From NCBI GenBank assembly GCA_000388065.2, contig KB932201.1: 29,300 bases of DNA; one strand, 5' to 3'. Positions 11,622 to 20,484 of this stretch are shown piece by piece (the first letter of the stretch is position 1; every line of letters begins with the position of its first letter). Source of the stretch: Fonticula alba ATCC 38817 (lineage: Eukaryota; Protista; Nucleariida). The position numbers and the translations under genes are program-made. Under the pieces are notes generated by a model. That model was not told the DNA's origin. It saw only the letters and a program-made list of their open reading frames with translations, and ran no database searches.

Positions 11622-12644
11622 ATGAGCGGTCGGCGCGCTGCAGGTCGTACCCCTGGGGACCTTTCCAGTGCTGAGCTGGACCAGCTCCTGGCCGTTGATG
11701 CCGATGTGGGTGACGAGGGCATGCTCATGAGGCCATCTGCCCGGTCGGTAAGCATGGCCACCTCGCGCTATTCCGTGTCCGGGCATTCTGGCCCCGAGCC
11801 AATTCGTCGACGCCTGGACCGGCGCCTTGTGGCAGCCCTGGTGGGCGAGGCCACCGGGACTCGCCAAAATGTGGCCGGGCTGCCCCCACCAGCGCCTGAG
11901 CCTCCCGCCGCCCGGCCCAGCCCGACAGCACGCCCCCTTCCCCGGAATGGCATCCTACCGGCCGATCAACGGGCACGCCTCTCGCGCGCCCTGGCCGAAA
12001 TGGGCCAAAGCAACAGCATCTTCGATGCGAGGTCCGGTGGCCTGCCGGTCGACGATGTCGGTTTGCCCGAGGGCTTCTCCGCGGCACTGTCCGGGCCGGG
12101 GATTGCCTCCGGTGCTGTTGCCATCCGCGGCCGTGGCCAATCCGGAACTCGGCTTTTGGACCAGGCATTTGCGGCGGCCTCCTCCTCTTCCTCGGATGAG
12201 GGATCAGATGCGGACACTCCACATGAAGATGAGCATGACCAGCCTGCCGGCAAGCGCCAAACTGTGCCGACAACGCATGGAAACCCGGCGCCCGGGGCTG
12301 CTCGCCGGCCAGTCTCTCGAGCCTGGTCCACAGCCACGCTGGATGCTGCCCGGCGTCGGCTCCGAGCCAGCCTCCTGCCTTTAGCTGAAGGTGTCCCCTC
12401 GGGAGGACGTCCCCTCCGCGACCCATCGGCCCTCGCCGAGTCCCCAATGGGCAGCCACTCGACCAGTGGTTCGGATTCCGACACGCAGGAGCAAAGGCCA
12501 GCGCGAGAGCGCCGGGGCGGCCGGCGGCGGTCGCGCAGCCGGAGCCGCTCGCGCGATCGTCGCCATTGTCACGATCGAGGCCGTGGTCGTAGCCGGAGCC
12601 CGGATTCCTCGCGGCCCCGACGCCGGAGACACCGCCGGGAGTAG
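11622..12644 (+). CDS. Hypothetical low-complexity protein (340 aa) with an Arg/Ser-rich (RS-like) C-terminus
   Basis: A 1 kb open frame from the ATG at 11622 with the same C/G-ending codon style as neighbouring genes. It has an acidic Ser patch (SSSSSDEGSDAD) and the tail RRRSRSRSRSRDRRH...RSRSPDSSRPRRRRHRRE*. An upstream exon is possible (CAG immediately before the ATG). No family recognised. Confidence 0.6.
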   Translation: MSGRRAAGRTPGDLSSAELDQLLAVDADVGDEGMLMRPSARSVSMATSRYSVSGHSGPEPIRRRLDRRLVAALVGEATGTRQNVAGLPPPAPEPPAARPSPTARPLPRNGILPADQRARLSRALAEMGQSNSIFDARSGGLPVDDVGLPEGFSAALSGPGIASGAVAIRGRGQSGTRLLDQAFAAASSSSSDEGSDADTPHEDEHDQPAGKRQTVPTTHGNPAPGAARRPVSRAWSTATLDAARRRLRASLLPLAEGVPSGGRPLRDPSALAESPMGSHSTSGSDSDTQEQRPARERRGGRRRSRSRSRSRDRRHCHDRGRGRSRSPDSSRPRRRRHRRE

Positions 12645-12720
12645 CACACACCTTCTCCACCTCCTTCCCCTCCCCCTCCACTGACTTGCTCTGCAGAAAA
12701 ATAGACCTTTCCCCTTCTCG

Positions 12721-12744
12721 GTGTGTGTGTGTGTGTGTGTGTGT
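12721..12744. repeat. (GT)12 microsatellite
   Basis: Seen directly, downstream of the RS-like ORF. Confidence 0.95.
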
Positions 12745-13740
12745 ATGTGGCTTATACCCACCCTGTGAAGGAGAGTAATCCACGACAGCCGTGTGGGCCT
12801 CCCCCCCTTGCGCGGTGCGCTCCGGGACTCCGCCGCCCCGGCGCCCCTCTGTCCGTGCTGGGCGCCAGACAATCCGATTTGATGGCGTGTCGTATCCGTT
12901 GGCATGCCCACTGTTGGCTCGGTGGTCCGAGCGTCGATCGATCTTCCATTTGCGGGGGCTGGTTGCTGGGCGGGGGGCTGGCCGCGGCCGGCTTGGAGCC
13001 CACGCCTGGGCCTCTTCTTCAGTGAAAGTGGCAGTGGCACTTGCCCCCACCTCCTGCCCCTGGCCAGTGGAGGCGCATTTTATTCTGACGTATTGTGCGC
13101 CCTGTTGTTGCGGCGGCGCCGCCGGCAGCCGGGGGCTCGGGACAAGGCCGGGTCGGGCGCGTCAATCCGCCAGGAGCACGCGGTCTTCAAACACCACACC
13201 CGGCCGGGGAGAAGGGCCGGGGGGGGGGGGGGCCAGTGGCAAGGACCGGGCCACCTTTGGTAGACGATCTCGACCACCCGAGGGTTCGGGTGGCAATTTG
13301 GGGCTGCCCCCCTGCCTCAGGCGATGTTGGCCACCCCGGGCACTGGCAGCGGGAGTGTGGCACGCTTGTTCTCCCCCCGGCCCCCCCCCCCCCGTCTCTC
13401 TCCCCGGCAGGGGTGCTGCTTGCCTCGCTGGTAATTTCTCCAGCCAACAGACACAGACCCCGACTGGCCTGGGTGTGCGCCCTCCTCCCGGGCGCCGTCG
13501 CTCCCGGGGCAATCGGATCGGACGACCACATCCCCCAATGCAAAGTAGACACGGAGGAGGAATGGCTTGTCATGTCATCACCATCGGGGGGCGAAAAGGT
13601 GCGGGGGCCAGTCCCCCGATCAAGCGTGGTCCAACAACGAACGCGCGGGCCTTGCCCCGGCTCCCGGAGGTGCACAACAAACGACATATGCACCCTCCCC
13701 CGCGCCTGGGCTCGCGCATCAGTGGGTGGGCCAATTTCTT

Positions 13741-13814
13741 CCCCCCCCCCCCCCCCCCCCCCCCCCCGGCCCCCCCCCCCCCCCCCCCCCCCGCGCCCCC
13801 CCTCCCTCCCCCCC
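13741..13814. repeat. Poly-C tract (C27, GG, C23, then C-rich)
   Basis: Seen directly, about 75-150 nt upstream of the ADI ATG. Confidence 0.95.
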
Positions 13815-13887
13815 TCTCCCCGCCGGCTTTCTTTGCCGCTGCCTCCCCTCTCTCCCTCTGCCCCCCTCGCCCGGGTGATTGTCCGCC

Positions 13888-15449
13888 ATGTCCAACATCG
13901 CCCACCTCCAGTCTCACAACCCCAAGACTCGCATCGATGCCATCCAGGTGCACGAGAATGACATCGCCGAGCTGGTGATCATCAGCGAGCCTGGTGTTGG
14001 CAAGCAGATCGTGCGCTTTACCGTCTTCTCATTCGTCCTTCTCCTCCCCACACCCCACCCCTCATCCAACCTCCCCCCGGCCTTCCCTCCATTCTTCTAC
14101 TTCTCCCGGTCCCGCATCTCGTCCAACCTCCCCTCGGCCTGGTTGGGACAGACATCAAGGTTTTCGATGTCCGTGACATTCTGATGATGGACACCGACGT
14201 GTCGGTCAATGCGCGCATCATGCTCGAGGAGCTGGCCCTCCGGTCGCTGGTGTACCGCAAGGTGGAGCAGAGCCCGGTTCTGCTGGCATCCGACGGGACG
14301 GACATCGCCTGTGTGCAAACCCCCTCGGTGTCCATTGAGGCGGTCCCTCGTTACGACCGCGGCACGTCGCAGTGCGACGGCAAGACCATCGACTACTACG
14401 TGTCGGATGAGTACAAGCGGACGGTCATCGAGGCCATGTCGGACTTCCAGCTGGTGGACATTGTGATGACCCAGCCGCTGGTCAGCGTGATGGCCTCCGG
14501 TCGCGATACCAATGTCCTGGCTTCCTTCTCGCTGCAGCCGCTGACGAACCTGGTGTTCACGCGCGACCAGCAGATCGTCACCCAGCGCGGTGTGGTCCTG
14601 GCCCGGCTGTCTTCCGAGCAGCGTCAGAAGGAGATCGAAATCATGGAGTTCTGCTTCCAGAAGCTGGGTATCCCCATTGTCGGGCGCATTCCCGATGAGG
14701 GGCGCCTTGAGGGCGGTGACTTCTTCATGGCCGGCCCGGATCTGGCCCTGGTTGGCATCGGTCTCCGGTCCAACATCCAGGCCATCAACTACCTGATGGA
14801 CAATGATCTGCTCGGTGTTTCCTCGCTGGCCGTGGTCCGGGATGACATCGACCGGTCGCAGGACCGCATGCACCTGGATTGTGTCTTCAACATCCTCGAT
14901 GACAAGCTGGTCCTCCTGCGGTCGGACATTGCCATTGAGGACTCTCCCATCCCGCGGTGCGTTCCCTTCCCCTGTGGCATGTCATGCGGGCTGTTTCTTA
15001 CCTCTCTTTGCCCGACCGCATCCCCTTGATTTGCCTGGCTGTGCCTGCCTGGCTGCCCGCCCGCTCGCCCGCCCGCCCGCCCGCCCGCCCGCCCGCCCGC
15101 CCGCCCGACGTACAGCATGGTCGACCTGTACGTCCAGGACCCGGTCACCAAGAAGTACTCTCTGGACCCGGCCACCACCAATGTCCCGTTCGTCACCTTC
15201 CTCAAGGGGCGCGGCTTCGAGATCATCGAGGTGACTCCGGAGCAGCAGGCCGCCTACGGGTGCAATGTCCTGAACATGGGCAAGGGCAACATCCTGGCCG
15301 TGCACGAGAAGGTGGCCCGCAACATCGCCAGCCACCGGTCCTTCCGGGGGACGGTCCAGTGCATGGATTTCTCGGCCATCACCTCCATGTATGGGGCTGT
15401 CCACTGCGCGAGCCAGGTGGTTCGTCGGCGCTCCCGAAACGACGAGTGA
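13888..15449 (+). CDS. arcA: Arginine deiminase (eukaryotic, Giardia-type); exon 1/2 junction problematic
   Basis: Exons 13888..14010, 14152 (or 14160)..14956 and 15116..15449. Catalytic motifs are intact: FTRDQQ (Asp), LEGGDF (Glu), RMHLDC (His/Asp), YGAVHCAS (Cys nucleophile). QVHENDIAE, VSDEYKR and AYGCN segments resemble eukaryotic ADIs as I recall them. Confidence 0.92.
15055..15107. repeat. (GCCC)n tetranucleotide repeat in ADI intron 2
   Basis: About 13 near-perfect units seen directly. Confidence 0.95.
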
Positions 15450-16166
15450 GCAAATGGTCCTCTGCCTTTCCCTTCTCCCATGCGGCGATGGTGCCAGTGC
15501 CGGTGCTGGGAGAGGTCATGCGAGCGCCACTGGTCGTCACCGGTCTCCGAGGCATTTGTATATGCCCACGACCACTCGCTCTCCCCAACGCCGGGGACCA
15601 GGCATATGTATGTGCGCAAGGTCGCGCGCCCACGGCCCCGGCACAGGGAGAGGGAGATCTGCCCCGATGTTTTTCCCCCTGTCCTTGGTTTCGGCTCCCG
15701 GTTCCTCCCCCCCCCCCCCTCCTCGTCGTGCTGCTGCCCGAAGGCGCGCGCGCGTGCGTGCGTGCGGGCCCTGTCGGTGTCTTTCAACTGCCAACTCAAG
15801 ATCCTGCTTGGGAATACACATCCACCAGTCTCATGCTCAGGCCGCACAGGATTTTGGCCCCGACAGCGTGCATTTCGCGCCCGGTGGTGGTCCTCCGGCC
15901 TGGCGGGCGATCTTCGCATTTTTGCCCGCGGGGGATGAGCGGCGGAAGGGGGCGCGGCAAAATGGCCGATGCCTCGCGAGACCGCAGTTTGTCTGGTGCC
16001 GGGGAGGGCGGTTGATCGGGGCTCCGCTCGAGGGAAGTGGAAAAAGGGTACCTGAGTGGCCCCCCCGCTGGCCCCTCTTCCAGGAGGGACAGTAATCCGA
16101 TTTCCCAACCTTTCGCCTATTCCGCCGACCTAGTCTTTGCGCCCGCTTGAGCCTCGTCTGCAAGCA

Positions 16167-18111
16167 ATGCCGCACTCGGACGATATTGAGCCGGAGATCC
16201 CACCCATGCGCCGGTCGGGTCGTTTGATTGCCGCCGCCGCCGCCGCTGCTGCCGCCGCCACCACACCCACGGCCCGGTCCTCTGCCGAGCAGCTTCTTGC
16301 TGCTCCGTCTCGTCCGGCTGCCCCATCTCGCCCCGCCAAGCGCCTTCGCACCACTCCCAAGGATGCCAGCCTTTCGCTGGTGAAGGATGAGCCCGGCGGC
16401 CATGTGAATGGGCCTTCGCAGTCCCTGCCGAGGCTGCTCCCCGTGGGCGGAGATCTACGCGCCGGAGCCGGGGACATTGCCCTGGCCAGTGATAGCCGCG
16501 ACTGGCGGGCGGCCATCATCGAGAGCCCAGGAGCGGTGTTCAGCCCGCCTGTCGGGGCGACTGCCATCGCCGGTGTCAGTGTCAAAGAGTGGCACCAGCG
16601 CCTGCCACCGGCCCGCTGGCGTCGGGTCATGCTTGCCCTGGCCGAGCAGCGCGTGGCCCTGCCCCGAGCGCCGGTCGACGTGGTAGGGTGTGAGCGTCTG
16701 GCTGATCACACGGCCGAGCCGCGGGTGTGTCTGCTGTTGTTCCTCCCTGTGTTTTGATGTCTCCCTTTCTCCCTGCATTTGTCGGCCCTAGCCTTACCCG
16801 TCCTCTCCTCCTCCCCCCTCCCCCCTCCCATCGTCTTGTTTCCAGCAAAAGCGCTTCGAGCACCTGATCGCCCTGATGTTGAGTGCGCAAACCCGGGACC
16901 CGGTCACCGCACAGGCCATCTACAACATGCGCATGACTGGCTTGCTAGATGTCTACCTTTTGGCCTCCGGGGCCGATCACACCTTCCCGGCTGGCGAGCA
17001 GCCCTCACCGAGGTCCTTTCCAGAGGCAGCGGTTTCGATGAAACTCGAGCCGGATGGCAGCCTGCCTGCGGAGGAAATGTCACCCTTTTTCCCCACCAGC
17101 ACCGGCATCAAGCCAGAGGCCCAGGCAACTCCGGGCCCCGAGGCCGATGTGCATGACCGTCTGTTGAAGGCCATCCAACCGGTGAGCTTCTTCCGTCGGA
17201 AGGCCGAGTGCGTCTGCCTCCCTCCCTCCCTGCCCCCCCTCTTTCTGCCGAGTTCTCTCCCCCCTCCCCTGTTCCCCGCTGTCGGAGGTCTGTCCACGTG
17301 CTGAGAGACTGACAATCTTACTCCCCCCCCCCCCCCCCGGGCCGCGCAGGTATATCCTCCGAACATGTCGCATTCTGCGGGATGACTATGCTGGGGATAT
17401 CCCGTCCACAGCTCAGGCCCTTCAAACTCTTCCCGGCGTTGGCCCCAAGATGGTGCGCCCTGTGTCCTGCTCCCTCTTCCGAGGTCGCAGCCCGTGCATT
17501 CATTTCTTCAAATTAACATTCGCTCCCCTCCTGCTCGCCACACAGGCACACCTTTGCATGCAATCTGCCTGGGGCGACTTCTCATCAGGCATCGGCGTTG
17601 ATGTTCATGTGGCCCGGATCACCGGACGCCTGGGTTGGCATTCCTTCCAGCATAGCGAGCCTGAGAAGGTCCGCCAGGTATGTGTCCTTTTCCTTCGATC
17701 CCATGCCTGATTTCTCCGCCCACTCTTCCGCTCCCTCACCTGTCTCTCTCTCTCTCTCTCTCTCCCCCTCTCCCCCTCTGTCTGTATGCATTTGACCCCT
17801 CCCCCTCCCCTCTTTCTTTTGACCGTCAGTCTCTTGAGACATGGCTGCCGAGGGAGCTTTGGCCTGTGATCAATGCCCTGCTGGTGGGTCATGGTCAGAC
17901 CGTGTGTCGGGCCATCAACCCCCGGTGCGGGTCGTGTCGGGCCAATCTGGCGGACGCGTGCGCATATGGCGCCCGGCACGCCTCACCGCCCGACATCGAG
18001 GCGCTCGTGGATGAGGGCTCAGCTGCGCCCGACCAGGAGCCCGTCCCGCGAACCGCTCGCCAGTGGTGGACTACCGATGTGCCAGATCCCTCGGGGGATG
18101 GTTTCGCATGA
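16167..18111 (+). CDS. NTHL1: Endonuclease III homologue (NTH, HhH-GPD DNA glycosylase/AP lyase with Fe-S motif)
   Basis: Exons 16167..16724, 16846..17207, 17350..17452, 17546..17677 and 17830..18111. Motifs: [33 protein letters not shown], the HhH LPGVGPKM (catalytic Lys), GVDVHV (catalytic Asp), LVGHGQTVC and a four-Cys cluster. Confidence 0.93.
17743..17764. repeat. (TC)n microsatellite in NTH intron 4
   Basis: Seen directly. Confidence 0.9.
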
Positions 18112-18549
18112 TCTTGTGGGTGTTTTGCTCACTATGTTTCCTTGGGCGTGTCCTGAAAAATGCATTCCCCCCCCCCCCTGCTCCTCCTCCCGGCCTCTGT
18201 GTGGGCAGGGGCGCGACGCGAAGAATATCGAGCCCCTTTCTCTCTCTTCCTCTAGGTGATGCATTATGTATTTGACCAAGAGTGGGGGTAGGTTTTTTTT
18301 CCGGCAAAAGAGCGGAGAAGAGCGAACACGAAGCTAAAAATAAGAATGGAGGAATGAAAAGAAAAGGGCAGGCGTCCGCCCGAGTATCGGCTTTTTGCAT
18401 CATGCAAAAGTTCACGTTTTTCCTGTGTTCCCTTTCACTCAAAGGGGTAGGCGTGCCGTGGCATGATCTTCCGCCGTGCGTGTGAGCCTGCGCACGCTGG
18501 ATTGCCGGCCTGGCGCACAGGCAGGCCGGCCGATTCGTGGGGAAGGTTT

Positions 18550-20161
18550 TCAGGTCTTACGAAGGTGCCGGTACGTGGCCATGCCCAGGACAGCGAGAGC
18601 CAGCAGGTACGTCCCGACAATGAGGGCGCCCAGGCAGTAGATATCCGGCCACAGGCGTTCCGGATTGAAGTCGAAGTACCGGAGGACCTGGTCACCGCTT
18701 TCGATCGGGCAGATTCTGCAGGTGGTTCGATGGTTTTATTCCCCCGGCCCCACGGAAAGGTCAGTATCTCCTTGCCAGGTAGTTTCTTTCGCCCCCCCCC
18801 CCCCCCCCCCGCGCTCCGCCACCCCTTCCACAATCCGATCCTACTCTGCTGGGAAATGGCCCGCCGATGCCGGCCGTCCTTGGGGAATCCCCCGCCCCGG
18901 AGGCCGCTCGAAGGAGCTGGGGGAAAAGAAAAAAGCCATTGCATGTGCCACGCACTCGACATTGAACGGCGGGGGCAGGCGGATTAGCTCCTCCGGCGTG
19001 CATTCCAACTTGAGGCCGCGATACTCGTTGATCATCATGGCCTCAAATCCATAGGCCAGGATGCTGACATGCTGGAACCAGGAGAACCACACCGGGATGG
19101 ACTCGATGTTGATGAGGAATCCGCCGAAAAGAATGAGGGGCAGCAGGAAGACCGGGGCAATGGCAATGGCGCCGATGAGGTCCGGCACGGCACAGCCAAT
19201 CAGCACGCCAAGAGCCTGAGCCGAGAGACTCAGGCAGAAGACAATCAGCAGGAAGAGCGGGAAGCGCGTCGGGTCCGTGGCATTCAGCCCAATCAGCCAG
19301 TAGGTCAGAGTGCCAAAGATCGACGAGAACACCAGGGTGAAGGGCACATCCGCCAGGACCTTCGAGGAGAAGTAGGTCCAGATCCGGTATGTGCGGGACA
19401 TCTGCTCACGGAGGAAGACCGCGCGCTCGAGAGGGACTGCACGTCCATGCGGGCGATGGCATTTCGGCAGGGTGATGCGGGGGCGGCCTTCGGGTGTCAG
19501 TGACTGTGGGTCGGTTGTGGTTCCGCAAGTGGGCTGGCGGTGCGGCCGGCCCCCCCCCCCCCCTCTCTCGCCGGAGTAGCTTCTTTCCCCCCCGCTTTCC
19601 ACGCACACATGAGCACCACCGGCAGGATGCCATTGATAATCAGCCCGGTGACCAGGGCAAAGAGGAAGCCGGTGCGATTCTGCAGGGACCCCATGTTGGT
19701 GCCGAGGTCGAAGTAGATGGTGGCGAACACCAGGGCAATGATGATCGACTGGATGAGGCGAATCTGCATGGACCCGGGGCTGCGCATGTACATGATGAAG
19801 GCACGCTGGAAGAGCAGGCCGAACTCCTTGTACCAGGGAAGGCGCCGATGGCGCACGATGGCCGGGCTGCGTCGCGAGGCCAGCGGGGACTCGGTGCCAT
19901 TCTGCCCCAGAAGCATGTACGTCGGCATGTAGGGGGAGATGAAGCGCTCGCTGGCCGTCGGGGAGGACAGCGCCCCGAGGGCGATCCCATCACCAGCAAG
20001 GCCCTCGCTCTTTGGAAGTAGCGCCAGGGAAGTGGGCGTGACAGTGCCAAAGCGGTCAGGAGGGCATGGCTGGTTGGGGGCAGCAGCCGAGGAAGGGGAA
20101 AGGACATGGGACGGCTATGCCTCCCCCCGAGGGAAGGCGGCTGGCCGGGCCGAATGGGCCG

Positions 20162-20202
<41 letters not shown>

Positions 20203-20452
20203 CGTACCAGGTTCTTGCTAGCCAGACGGGCGGCGGCCTGGGAAACGGAGGCGGCCTCGGCGGCGCGCTTCTCGGCGCGGGTCTGGGTGCGCCAGCTGCT
20301 GACAATTCGACCAATGTCCCGCTTATACTGCTGCAAGGGCCGATCATCCGGCCGGTGAAGGAGGTTCAGCAGGTGGTCTGCCGGATTGGTAAAGCTGGGG
20401 CAGGGAAAGTTGATCTATGGCCGGGCACGTTGCCGAGCATCACCACGCCGGC

Positions 20453-20484
<32 letters not shown>

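Noticed and set aside
13095-13978. Polyproline/polyglycine ORFs suggesting a formin- or extensin-like protein
   Set aside because: They are translations of the poly-C homopolymer tract upstream of ADI. All frames give P or G runs.
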